DNA of 64,000 nt from Bacteroidota bacterium (lineage in GTDB: Bacteria > Bacteroidota > Ignavibacteria > UBA10030): positions 70,559 to 134,558 of the forward strand of contig JBGFRO010000023.1 of the NCBI GenBank assembly GCA_041695085.1, read 5' to 3'. Made by a program: the position numbers and the translations under genes. Under the pieces are notes generated by a model. The model had not been told where the DNA came from. It searched no databases and worked only from the letters and a program-made list of their open reading frames with translations. The number at the start of each line of letters is the position of its first letter. Position 1 is the stretch's first letter. Shown one piece after another: positions 45,094-54,622 of the stretch.

Positions 45094-48000
45094 TTGATGC
45101 GGAAGAAGGATAGTATTCAATTGAGGGTTGTTCGCGCCGGCGTTGACAATGGTCAACTTCAGCGCAAGAGACTCTCCACTTTTTCTTTCCCGTCCGAAAG
45201 GAAGTTGGAGTGGAACGATTTAATCAAACCAAAGGGTAGTCCTATGGTTGAACGAACGGTACAAAAACTCGGAAGGCGACTCGATCGCTGGCGGCGGAGC
45301 AGATCGCCGCTGAAGATCGCGTTCCTTTTATTCTTGATGCTGATCTCCATTGTCAGTTCCGCCGCGGCGGCGGGTGGGGATCTCAAGAACACCGGGGCGA
45401 TCAACAACACCGGCACCATCAAGGTACGCAACCGGGCTATGGGGTTGCCGATGATCAATAGCGGTGTGTTTGAGTTCTTCGGCGCGGATCAACCAATCCC
45501 CGGCCGAAGGTTTGCCGACCTGCGTTTAATAGGAAGCGGGACGAAGACTGTCACAGGCGGCAACGTTTCCGTTTTCGGGACGATGACCGTTGGAAGCAAT
45601 GTCACCGTTGATGCTTCCTCCACGAATATCGTTCAACTCAATGGAACGCTGGACGAACAAGGATATGTGCTCGGGACAATGGAGAAGACTCTGACGCTTA
45701 CCGGTTCGTCAGGTTCCTCTCCGTTTGGTAATATCGGTGCAACCATTTCGTGGTCCGGCACGGCACCCGGCACGACGACGATCTCTCGCGTGACCGGCGT
45801 TGTTTCGACCTCGACGGAAACGGGTTTCACATCCAGCCAATCGATCAAACGTTACTACGATATCGCGCCGACGTTTGGCACAGGACTGAATGGGACATTA
45901 GTCTTCGGTTATCGCGACAGCGAATTAAACGGCCAGAATGAATCGACACTTTCCCTCTGGCGCTCTCCCGATGGTGGGTTGACGTGGCGCAAGCAGGGCG
46001 GCACGGTGGATGTCACGGCCAACACGATTACAAAGTCGGGTATCCTGAATTTTAGCCGATGGACGGCGTCGGATGCCGCGAATCCGTTGGGCCCAAATTT
46101 CATCGAAGGGGTCGCGCAAAATATGGTCCTGACATCAGGGAACAATCAATCGGGTCCCATCAGCACGCCGTTGGCCCATCCCTTCATTGTCACGGTGCGC
46201 GACTACTACGGCAACCCGATCGCCGGTGTCAGCGTCGAGTTCTCGATTGGTTCGGTTCCATCTGGTGCCTCTGGCCAGTCACTCAGCGCTACGTCGGTAT
46301 TGACTGGTGCGAATGGTCAAGCCTCGACTATATTAACGCTCGGAAACCTCGCCGGCACTTACACGGTCATTGCAAGCTCCGGTTCGCTTGTGGGGAGTCC
46401 GCTCACATTTAGCGCCATGGCTTTGGGTGCACCTCCACCACCGCCGCCCGGACCTGTTGCCACCGCGATGGTGCTGGCGAGTGGTCAGAATCAAGTCGAT
46501 ACGGTTGGGAGGACGCTTGAGAGCGCTTTTGTGGTCCGTGTGCTCGATCAGAACGGTCAGCCGTTCGTAGGCGCGACGGTGCGGTTCATCCTGTCGGCAG
46601 CTCCGACAGGAGCAATCGGTCAGCGTCTCTCCGCGGACTCGATGGTCACCAACAGTTCCGGACTTGCATTCACGCGACTCACGCTCGGTTCGAGGGTGGG
46701 ATCGTACACGGTTCAGGCAACATTAGGCACGTTGTCGCCGATCAACTTCCATGCAACGGCTGTTGCGGGAGCTCCGAAGTTCCTGACGCAGGTCTCAGGC
46801 AACAATCAGATTGGCCAGATTCGTGCGCCGCTCCCTCAGCCGTTTGTTGTGTCGATTACAGACACATTCGGCAATGCAAAGCAAGGAATCCAAGTTCGGT
46901 TCGCAATCAGTGGAGTGCCGACTGGTGCAGCGGGTCAGCGCCTGAGCGACTCGGTTGTGACAACGAACGCAGATGGTCTCGCACAGACGACATTGACGCT
47001 TGGCGACAGTGTGGGCACCTATACAGTTACAGCCACTTCCCCATCTCTGCCGGGCAGTTCGTTTACGTTTGTGGCGAACGCGATCCGCACCGCTCCGCGA
47101 GAGATCGCTTTGCTTTCTGGCAACAATCAGCGGGGAATGGTTACGACGACGTTGGCGAATCCGTTGGTAGTGGTAGTGACAGATTCGGCAGGCGTGCCGG
47201 TATCAGGAGTGACGGTGTCGTTTGCGATCACGCAGGTGCCGCAGGGTGCCACGGGACAGGTGTTGAGCGTGGATCGAGTCAACACAGACGGTCAAGGACG
47301 TGCCTCCACGTCTCTGACTCTTGGCAACCGACCGGGCAGGTATGTGGTGCAGGCAAGTGCACCGGGTCTTGCAAACAGTCCGATCACATTCACTGCGACA
47401 GCCGATATTGGCCCTGCGGCGGTGCTGGTCTTTGTTTCGGGTGGTGGTCAGACCGGAGAGGTGTCGAGGCCGTTGGCCGAGCCGTTGCGCGTGCAAGTGA
47501 CCGATGTGGCGGGCAACGGAGTGCAGAACGTTCCCGTGACGTTTGCGGTGGACAGCATACCGAATGGAGCGACGGGAGCGTTTGTGAACGGAGCGACATC
47601 GACGGAGGTGCGGACAGATGGCAACGGATTTGCGAGCGTCTCGATGAGGTTGGGGAACAAGGTTGGAGTGTATCGAGTGGCGGCGAGTTCGACGGGATTG
47701 GCAAACAGTCCGATCTATTTCCGGCTGACGGCGACGCACGGAGCTGCTGTGGCCATGGCGTATGTGCGTGGCGACGGGCAGCGGCAGCGGATCAATACGG
47801 TGCTCGATTCACTCTTTGTGGTACGAATTACCGACGTCGGCGGCAATGCGGTGCCGGGTGTGGCGGTTGCGTTCACGTTGGACAGCATTCCGAGTGGATC
47901 GGTTGGGCACGCACTCACGGTTATCAACGGCGTAACGAACGCACAAGGTGAAGCGAGTGCGAGGTTGACGTTGGGCAGTAGAGCCGGACGGTATGTCGTC

Positions 48001-50313
48001 CACGCTGCAGTCCCCGGACTCACGGGAAGTCCCATACGATTCGTGGCCACAGCAACACATGATGCCGCTCCGCGAGAGATCGCTTTGCTTTCGGGCAACA
48101 ATCAGCGGGGAATGGTTACGACGACGTTGGCGAATCCGTTGGTAGTGGTAGTGACAGATTCGGCAGGCGTGCCGGTATCGGGAGTGACGGTGTCGTTTGC
48201 GATCACGCAGGTGCCACAGGGTGCCACGGGACAGGTGTTGAGCGTGGATCGAGTCAACACAGACGGTCAAGGACGTGCCTCCACGTCTCTGACTCTTGGC
48301 AACCGACCGGGCAGGTATGTGGTGCAGGCAAGTGCACCGGGTCTTGCAAACAGTCCGATCACATTCACTGCGACAGCCGATATTGGCCCTGCGGCGGTGC
48401 TGGTCTTTGTTTCGGGTGGTGGTCAGACCGGAGAGGTGTCGAGGCCGTTGGCCGAGCCGTTGCGCGTGCAAGTGACCGATGTGGCGGGCAACGGAGTGCA
48501 GAACGTTCCCGTGACGTTTGCGGTGGACAGCATACCGAATGGAGCGACGGGAGCGTTTGTGAACGGAGCGACATCGACGGAGGTGCGGACAGATGGCAAC
48601 GGATTTGCGAGCGTCTCGATGAGGTTGGGGAACAAGGTTGGAGTGTATCGAGTGGCGGCGAGTTCGACGGGATTGGCAAACAGTCCGATCTATTTCCGGC
48701 TGACGGCGACGCACGGAGCTGCTGTGGCCATGGCGTATGTGCGTGGCGACGGGCAGCGGCAGCGGATCAATACGGTGCTCGATTCACTCTTTGTGGTACG
48801 AATTACCGACGTCGGCGGCAATGCGGTGCCGGGTGTGGCGGTTGCGTTCACGTTGGACAGCATTCCGAGTGGATCGGTTGGGCACGCACTCACGGTTATC
48901 AACGGCGTAACGAACGCACAAGGTGAAGCGAGTGCGAGGTTGACGTTGGGCAGTAGAGCCGGACGGTATGTCGTCCACGCCGCAGTCCCCGGACTCACGG
49001 GAAGTCCCATACGATTCGTGGCCACAGCAACACACGATGTCGCTGCGTCTCTGCTGCTTGCTTCCGGCAGCGGACAACAGGAGTTGATCACGCGTGAATT
49101 GATGGCTCCCTTTGTGGCTCACGTAGTCGATGTTGGAGGAAATCCGGTGCCGGGTGTTGCCGTGCAATTCTCCATCGTCGAGAAACCGCAAGGGGCAACG
49201 GGTGATCGGATTCGAGTGGTCAATTCGACGAGTGATCTTGAGGGAAAGGTCGTTGCATATCTCACGCTCGGCAATCAGGTTGGTCGGTACGTGGTGGCGG
49301 CGACGGCACCGGGTCTGACCGGTAGTCCCGTGCTCTTCACGGCGGATGCGACGCGCTTGATCAGCGAAATCCGGCAGACCGTTCGAGAACTGAACATTGC
49401 GGATCTCACGACCGCCATCGACCATATCCTGCAGCGCATTCCTCCGTTGCGGGGTCTGGATTCGATACGTTCCGACGTGAATCGAGACGGCCGAATATCG
49501 ATTGCTGATGTCGTGCTGATGCGCGATAGCCTGTTGACAATTGGACAGCTGAGAGGTGACGCGGGTCTCCATCTCGCAAACTCGTCGACGCGGGATATGG
49601 CTCTGGGCGGATCGGCCGCTGATGAAACGACAGATGTCAAAGGCGAGTTCGTCCTGAGCGAAAACGGACTGCGATTCCACATGACGAACAAGGTGCCGGT
49701 GAAGGGTCTGCATCTGATCGTCAGGCTCAAGAATCCGGTCTCCGTTACCGCTCCCGATGTTGTATTTGAGCGGGCACGGCACCATCAGTTCTTCATCAAC
49801 ACGGCAGGTCTGGAGATGCGGGTAGTAGCGTACAACAACGAGAACATCGCCATCGCGCCGGACTCTGGAGCATTGTTCCGGCTCCCGATCAAGCTTTCGG
49901 ACGTCGCAGAGATCACCGATGGCCAGGTTATTGTCAGCAAGGTGGACAACGTTGTGGAAGCGGACCAAGCCCTGAAGGGTCCGGTGGAGAAGCGGCGCGT
50001 TGGCGATCAGGACAGGATTCCGTACACCTTTGTCCTTTATCAAAACTACCCGAATCCGTTCAACACACAAACGAAGATCGAATACGAGGTTCCGGAATTA
50101 GAAGGGCGGATGGCGCCTGTTCTCATCCAGGTTTACAATGTGTCGGGCGAAAAGGTGAAGACGCTCTTCGTCGGTCAACGAGCAAGCGGACGGTATTCGG
50201 TCACGTGGGATGGTACCGACGATCGTGGCAATAAGATGCCTTCGGGAACATACTTCTATCGCCTCGTTTCCGGAGATTTCCACACGGCGAAGAGGATGAT
50301 CCTGTTGAAGTGA
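45094..50313 (+). CDS. Large cell-surface adhesin: beta-helix-like N-terminal region, array of about 13 bacterial Ig-like (Big_1/invasin-intimin type) domains, C-terminal T9SS sorting domain
   Basis: 1739 aa; the alternative start at ATG 45244 gives MVERTVQ...LKIAFLLFLMLISIVSSAAAAGG (signal/anchor). The N-terminal 300 aa resemble the giant protein's repeat unit (RYYDIAPTFGTGLNGTLVFGYRDSELNGQNESTLSLWRS). Repeated ~100-aa modules follow (LTSGNNQSGPISTPLAHPFIVTVRDYYGNPIAGVSVEFSIG...). The C-terminus YPNPFNTQTKIEYEVPE...YNVSGEKVKTLFVGQRASGRYSVTWDGTDDRGNKMPSGTYFYRL is a type-A T9SS C-terminal domain. Confidence 0.85.
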   Translation: MMRKKDSIQLRVVRAGVDNGQLQRKRLSTFSFPSERKLEWNDLIKPKGSPMVERTVQKLGRRLDRWRRSRSPLKIAFLLFLMLISIVSSAAAAGGDLKNTGAINNTGTIKVRNRAMGLPMINSGVFEFFGADQPIPGRRFADLRLIGSGTKTVTGGNVSVFGTMTVGSNVTVDASSTNIVQLNGTLDEQGYVLGTMEKTLTLTGSSGSSPFGNIGATISWSGTAPGTTTISRVTGVVSTSTETGFTSSQSIKRYYDIAPTFGTGLNGTLVFGYRDSELNGQNESTLSLWRSPDGGLTWRKQGGTVDVTANTITKSGILNFSRWTASDAANPLGPNFIEGVAQNMVLTSGNNQSGPISTPLAHPFIVTVRDYYGNPIAGVSVEFSIGSVPSGASGQSLSATSVLTGANGQASTILTLGNLAGTYTVIASSGSLVGSPLTFSAMALGAPPPPPPGPVATAMVLASGQNQVDTVGRTLESAFVVRVLDQNGQPFVGATVRFILSAAPTGAIGQRLSADSMVTNSSGLAFTRLTLGSRVGSYTVQATLGTLSPINFHATAVAGAPKFLTQVSGNNQIGQIRAPLPQPFVVSITDTFGNAKQGIQVRFAISGVPTGAAGQRLSDSVVTTNADGLAQTTLTLGDSVGTYTVTATSPSLPGSSFTFVANAIRTAPREIALLSGNNQRGMVTTTLANPLVVVVTDSAGVPVSGVTVSFAITQVPQGATGQVLSVDRVNTDGQGRASTSLTLGNRPGRYVVQASAPGLANSPITFTATADIGPAAVLVFVSGGGQTGEVSRPLAEPLRVQVTDVAGNGVQNVPVTFAVDSIPNGATGAFVNGATSTEVRTDGNGFASVSMRLGNKVGVYRVAASSTGLANSPIYFRLTATHGAAVAMAYVRGDGQRQRINTVLDSLFVVRITDVGGNAVPGVAVAFTLDSIPSGSVGHALTVINGVTNAQGEASARLTLGSRAGRYVVHAAVPGLTGSPIRFVATATHDAAPREIALLSGNNQRGMVTTTLANPLVVVVTDSAGVPVSGVTVSFAITQVPQGATGQVLSVDRVNTDGQGRASTSLTLGNRPGRYVVQASAPGLANSPITFTATADIGPAAVLVFVSGGGQTGEVSRPLAEPLRVQVTDVAGNGVQNVPVTFAVDSIPNGATGAFVNGATSTEVRTDGNGFASVSMRLGNKVGVYRVAASSTGLANSPIYFRLTATHGAAVAMAYVRGDGQRQRINTVLDSLFVVRITDVGGNAVPGVAVAFTLDSIPSGSVGHALTVINGVTNAQGEASARLTLGSRAGRYVVHAAVPGLTGSPIRFVATATHDVAASLLLASGSGQQELITRELMAPFVAHVVDVGGNPVPGVAVQFSIVEKPQGATGDRIRVVNSTSDLEGKVVAYLTLGNQVGRYVVAATAPGLTGSPVLFTADATRLISEIRQTVRELNIADLTTAIDHILQRIPPLRGLDSIRSDVNRDGRISIADVVLMRDSLLTIGQLRGDAGLHLANSSTRDMALGGSAADETTDVKGEFVLSENGLRFHMTNKVPVKGLHLIVRLKNPVSVTAPDVVFERARHHQFFINTAGLEMRVVAYNNENIAIAPDSGALFRLPIKLSDVAEITDGQVIVSKVDNVVEADQALKGPVEKRRVGDQDRIPYTFVLYQNYPNPFNTQTKIEYEVPELEGRMAPVLIQVYNVSGEKVKTLFVGQRASGRYSVTWDGTDDRGNKMPSGTYFYRLVSGDFHTAKRMILLK
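47092..49041 (+). repeat. Near-identical 975-bp tandem duplication inside the adhesin gene (3 Ig-like domains per copy)
   Basis: Sequence from about 47092 repeats at about 48067 with only a few substitutions. The encoded 325-aa block AIRTAPREIALLSGNNQRGMVTTTLANPLVVVVTDSAGVPVSGVTV...SPIRFVATATHD occurs twice, and the antisense ORFs duplicate with an offset of 975. Confidence 0.9.
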
Positions 50314-50320
50314 TGGGGGG

Positions 50321-50371
50321 GAGTATGAAAGTAGGAAGTATGGAAGTAGGAAGTATGGAAGTAGGAAGATG
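50321..50371. repeat. 15-bp tandem repeat (GTATGGAAGTAGGAA) x3 immediately after the adhesin stop codon, preceded by a G7 run
   Basis: gtatgaaagtaggaa gtatggaagtaggaa gtatggaagtaggaa gatg; G7 run at 50314-50320. Confidence 0.85.
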
Positions 50372-50422
50372 TGAGATGGCGGATGGCAGTTAAAAGTTCT
50401 TCCGCAATTTTGCGATAAGGAG

Positions 50423-50940
50423 AACAAGCAACCAGAAGCACGATCCAACTCCGTTAGGAGTTGAACAACATCGCATCGGCAGCTCGGATCGAGATATCAG
50501 CGTCCATCTCGAGGCTGTGCAAAATGTAGGGCGAGAAGCCTTCTCGCCCGCGTTCGTGTTGCGAAAACTGTCTGAATTCCTCAAATCTTGAACTCGCACA
50601 TCACGTCGATTGAACTCTTTGCACAGCCTCGACCCCCAAAACAAAAGCGATCATTCGACCCCGTCAGGGGTCGGACATTTGTAGAACAAGCAACCAGAAG
50701 CACGATCTCCGTCACGAGTTGAACATCGTCACGTCATGGTCGATTTGAGACATAAACGCACATCGCGACCCCGTCAGGGGTGGGACATCCCAAAACAAAA
50801 GCGATCATTCGACCCCGTCAGGGGTCGGACGTCCCAAAACAAAAGCGATCATTCGACCCCGTCAGGGGTCGGACATTTGTAGAAATGAAATAAGAGGAAA
50901 GATCCAACTCCGTCAGGAGTTGAACATGTTCACCGCAACG
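50423..50940. repeat. Array of short hairpin-forming repeats of two kinds: X (CAAGCAACCAGAAGCACGATCCAACTCCGTNAGGAGTTGAACA) and Y (CCCAAAACAAAAGCGATCATTCGACCCCGTCAGGGGTCGGAC)
   Basis: X copies at about 50423-50466, 50688-50724 (degenerate) and 50897-50934; each contains the hairpin AACTCC-gtya-GGAGTT. Y copies at 50635-50676, 50767-50786 (partial), 50787-50830 and 50831-50874; each contains the hairpin CGACCCC-gtca-GGGGTCG. The last two Y units are perfect 44-bp tandem copies, and the Y blocks end with ATTTGTAGAA. Confidence 0.85.
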
Positions 50941-51376
50941 AAAGAGATTCAGCGCAAGATACACAATATGTCTTCGAATATTTTGATTGATTGCTCTGTG
51001 GAACTCCTACGGAGTTGTCCGCGACCGCTAGAGAAAGTGCCATCTGTGGCTGTAGAAAAGTAATTCTTTCCACAACGAAATTTCAGCAAGGTAAAATTGC
51101 CTTGCGAGAATTCAATTTGATAGCGGATTCCGAAATTTGTTTCATGCCATTTTGCCACGGGAGGATACTTTTTGTACGACCTCCGGTGGGGGACGTAGGA
51201 TGGAACGCGGCCTGTGTGACCTTCCGAAGGCAATGAGAAACCTCAAAGATCCTTCGGAACCTTCCATCGCCGTCGATTGAAATCGACGGCTGCAATGGGA
51301 AACCGTAAAGGTTCAAATGCACATTGGAATTGCAAAGAGAATCTTCGGGAGGTGACTCGCTTTCATAAAACACAAA

Positions 51377-51436
51377 GCCCTACCGCAGGGGGATACGGTA
51401 GGGCTCTTGTGTTCAAGAGCGCGCCCTGAGGGCGCC
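51377..51436 (-). terminator. Cluster of three GC-rich hairpins downstream of the T9SS C-terminal-domain gene (probable rho-independent terminator)
   Basis: GCCCTACCG-N10-CGGTAGGGC (51377-51404), CTCTTG-tgtt-CAAGAG and GCGCCC-tga-GGGCGC. On the minus strand the first hairpin is followed by TTTGTGTTTTATG. Confidence 0.55.
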
Positions 51437-51449
51437 TTCCTCTATGGAC

Positions 51450-52223
51450 TTACTTTGTCAGGACCATCTTCCTGATTGCTGATTCTTGTTCCACCAACAA
51501 CCGGGCTACGTAAACGCCTGAGGGAACTCGGCGACCCGCTTCATCCGTGCTTTCCCAGTTCGCAGCGTAACTCCCTTCAAATTGATATTGGCTGACTAAC
51601 CGTTTGATCTCTCTTCCTGCGATATCATAGATCACGAGCTGGACGTTCGCCGGACGATGTAAGGTGTAAGAGATGGTCGTCGACGGATTGAACGGATTCG
51701 GAAAATTCTGATTAAAGCTGAAGAGAGCCGGTGACTCCTGTTGTCTGGTTGCCCATCGGGTATCTTGCAGCTCAAGAGGAAGAATTTGCGCTTGCGGATC
51801 GACGATTTCTGTCCTGCTCAAGGAGACAACGACACTGTCTGATGTCTTCGACGGATCGTCTCCGTATTGAATGGAGACCAAAGTTCCTTCACCTTGGTCG
51901 AAGGGCTTGCGGATGGGTGAGAGCATCACAACGTTCCATGTTGAGTCGTTCTTTCTGTATGAATAGAGTTCCCAATTCGCGGCAGCTGCCCGGGAACCGA
52001 TGCTCATTTGCATAAACTGGATATCACCTCGAGCATTGACGGAGAACTGAATTGCGCTGACGGGTGCAGAATTTTCCAGATTGACGGTAAGTTCGCTCGC
52101 TGACGTGCGCACAACCTTAAGCTTGTTCTCGGCCATTACATCGTTCGTAACGCCCAATGCGAGGAGGAAGGTGACGACGATACTGAATATACTTCTGAAT
52201 AATTGAGACATCAGTTTCTCCAT
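51450..52223 (-). CDS. Small secreted protein with T9SS C-terminal sorting domain
   Basis: Signal peptide MEKLMSQLFRSIFSIVVTFLLALGVTNDVMA. C-terminus FNQNFPNPFNPSTTISYTLHRPANVQLVIYDIAGREIKRLVSQ...VPSGVYVARL (Por secretion tail). Confidence 0.8.
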   Translation of the reverse strand: MEKLMSQLFRSIFSIVVTFLLALGVTNDVMAENKLKVVRTSASELTVNLENSAPVSAIQFSVNARGDIQFMQMSIGSRAAAANWELYSYRKNDSTWNVVMLSPIRKPFDQGEGTLVSIQYGDDPSKTSDSVVVSLSRTEIVDPQAQILPLELQDTRWATRQQESPALFSFNQNFPNPFNPSTTISYTLHRPANVQLVIYDIAGREIKRLVSQYQFEGSYAANWESTDEAGRRVPSGVYVARLLVEQESAIRKMVLTK

Positions 52224-52809
52224 TCGTTAGATGCTTGCTGCTTGCCGTTATTGGTGCACGGCACGTACCACGAAGGGAGACTTCGCGTGCCAGAACCTGT
52301 TTCTCTCTAACTTATTGAAATGTAAAGGATTAGAAGCTTGACGACTGATTGTTTCAAGACACGATAGCGCCGGAGATTTTGTAGTTTCTACAAAGGGAGG
52401 CAGACTCTTAGCGGGGAGGGTCAAGTTGCTAAGATCTGAATGGATGCCGATGGATGAGCGGCGAAGAACTGATGTCTACAAATAGTATGATGAGACGCAC
52501 GAAGAGAGGACTCGTCACGATGAAAATGAACTGCAAGAGAAGTAGCTGCAAGACCCAGTAAAAGTACTGGGAGGCTCCATAACCTTTCTTACGGAGAGAG
52601 CGGTCATAGCAAATGGGCGGAGATGTATCGGAGAAGTTTAAAGAGAAATTTATTGCGCGGGTTTCGAAGAAATCCGGACCCCAAGCAAATGCAGCCGCTC
52701 ATGACGACGCGTTGCTTCTCACAACTCTTCTGCCTACTTTCGCATCGTCTTATCGAGTTCTCACCTGAGTGACGATACCCGTACGGGGCAAGGAGGCAGA
52801 GCTGTTCTG

Positions 52810-53661
52810 ATGCGAATTCTTGTGACAGGAAGCAGCGGCCTCGTAGGGCGGTACGTAGCGGACGATCTGGCAAAAGCCCATGAGGTTATCCTTCTGGACA
52901 TCAAACCGTCTCATCGACGGGATTTACCGTATCGCCGGATGGATGTGCTGGATGCCGATGGGATGCTCCAAACGGTGAAGGATGTCGAAATCGTCGTTCA
53001 CCTCGCTGGAATTCCTCATCCTCTCAACGATCCCCCATCGAGAGTCTTTACGGTCAATGCGGTGGGAACCTTCAACGCTCTCGAAGCTTGCTGGCGAAAT
53101 GGAATTCGTCGCTTTATCCTGATATCCAGTGAATCGACCCTGGGTTTTGCCTTTTCCACGAACCGGCTCTGGCCCCTGTATGTGCCAATCGACGAACACC
53201 ATCCACTCCGCCCGGAGGATCCTTACGGTACAAGCAAGCTTGCGTGCGAGATGCTTTGCCAGTCGTACACCCGTAAGGGAGGAATTCAAACCATCTGTCT
53301 CAGGCCGCCGTGGGTTTGGGTTCCGGAACGCGCCGAGCAAACGAGATATCGCTTGCTCATTCAAGAGTATTCAAATTGGCATAAAAATCTCTGGGCCTTT
53401 ATTGATGTGCGGGATCTTGTATCGGCCGTACGCTTGTGCGTTGATTCTTTATCTCTTCCCGAACACGATGCCTACTTCGTGTGTGCAGATGAAAACTGGA
53501 CGGGGAGAGAGAGCAGGTCTTTGATCGCGGAGTATTTCCCCGAAACAAAACACATTGCGGAAGAATTTGGAGGCGCGATGTCGCTTCTGAGTAATCTCAA
53601 AGCCAAGCGCGCGTTTGGATTCCAACCCCGGTTCAAAGCAACCGACGTTTTTTCCGACTGA
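52810..53661 (+). CDS. NAD-dependent epimerase/dehydratase family protein
   Basis: MRILVTGSSGLVGRYV Rossmann motif and YGTSKLACE (YxxxK catalytic motif). Confidence 0.8.
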   Translation: MRILVTGSSGLVGRYVADDLAKAHEVILLDIKPSHRRDLPYRRMDVLDADGMLQTVKDVEIVVHLAGIPHPLNDPPSRVFTVNAVGTFNALEACWRNGIRRFILISSESTLGFAFSTNRLWPLYVPIDEHHPLRPEDPYGTSKLACEMLCQSYTRKGGIQTICLRPPWVWVPERAEQTRYRLLIQEYSNWHKNLWAFIDVRDLVSAVRLCVDSLSLPEHDAYFVCADENWTGRESRSLIAEYFPETKHIAEEFGGAMSLLSNLKAKRAFGFQPRFKATDVFSD

Positions 53662-53674
53662 TCTCCGTTGACCC

Positions 53675-54622
53675 TTGCCCCAACCAATTCTGATCGATAC
53701 TGATGCAGGTGTGGACGACGCCCTCGCACTGCTCTTAGCGCTCCGCTCACCGGAGCTTTCTGTCGCCGCGATCACAACGGTGGCGGGCAACGTTCCGGTG
53801 AGACACTGCACGCAAAACGTTTTGACGTTGCTTCATCTCCTACAACCCTCCAAACTCCCGATCGTTGCCAAAGGAGCTTCCCGTCCCTTGCGGCGTCGTT
53901 TGGTTACTGCCCCCGAAGTTCACGGCGAAGATGGGCTTGGTGGCATGCGGCGCGTACTCCTGGGGCAACATGTGCTCCCTCGTGTGGCGCGGCGTGCTGT
54001 GCAGACGATCGTAGAGTGCTGCCGACGCTATGGAAGAAGATTGACCATAATTGCTGTAGGGCCACTAACAAACATCGCGCTTGCACTTCAGACGGAGCCT
54101 CGCGCGCTGAGGTCGATCGGTCGATTGATTTCCATGGGGGGTGCTTTCCGCGTGCCCGGCAACACAGGTCCGGTCGGCGAGTTCAATTACTATGTCGACC
54201 CCGAGGCGGCACATCTGGTGTTGAATGCTGCATTGCCTGTGACAGTGGTCCCCCTCGACGTAACACAACAACTTGTGTTGATGCAGTCGGAATTAGAGTA
54301 TCGAGCGGCCCGACGAGCGAATCGGCTTTCGCGTGCGATTACTCGATTCACGAGGGCGTACATGCAGTATCACCGCAAGGTCGAAGGATTTCATGGTGGC
54401 TATCTCCATGATCCGCTCGCCGTTGCCGCTACGATCGATCCGTTGGTCATTCAGACTCAACGTCTCCACGTCGACGTTGAATGTGGGGGACAATTTACTC
54501 GCGGGATGACCGTTGCCGATCTTCGACGGAAGGTGAGGAAAGAAGAAGCCGCCGTCGATGTTGCATTGCGCGTTGATCGGACACGTTTCTTCAAGCTCTT
54601 TCATGAAAGGGTGTGGGGATGA
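53675..54622 (+). CDS. Nucleoside hydrolase (IU-NH family)
   Basis: N-terminal ILIDTDAGVDDALAL aspartate cluster (DxDxxxDD); 315 aa; TTG start. Confidence 0.8.
   Translation: MPQPILIDTDAGVDDALALLLALRSPELSVAAITTVAGNVPVRHCTQNVLTLLHLLQPSKLPIVAKGASRPLRRRLVTAPEVHGEDGLGGMRRVLLGQHVLPRVARRAVQTIVECCRRYGRRLTIIAVGPLTNIALALQTEPRALRSIGRLISMGGAFRVPGNTGPVGEFNYYVDPEAAHLVLNAALPVTVVPLDVTQQLVLMQSELEYRAARRANRLSRAITRFTRAYMQYHRKVEGFHGGYLHDPLAVAATIDPLVIQTQRLHVDVECGGQFTRGMTVADLRRKVRKEEAAVDVALRVDRTRFFKLFHERVWG

Noticed and set aside
50443-50466. Integron attC site (RYYYAAC ... GTTRRRY ends in the X element)
   Set aside because: The element is only about 24 bp and has no L'/L'' inner repeats or extrahelical bases. 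The shortest real attC sites are about 57 bp, and no intI gene is nearby. It is treated as a simple hairpin.
50630-50880. Possible CRISPR array, because of regularly spaced hairpin repeats of about 20 bp
   Set aside because: The sequences between the hairpins are themselves identical (CCCAAAACAAAAGCGATCATTC). That makes this a 44-bp tandem repeat, not repeat-unique-spacer architecture. No cas genes are present.
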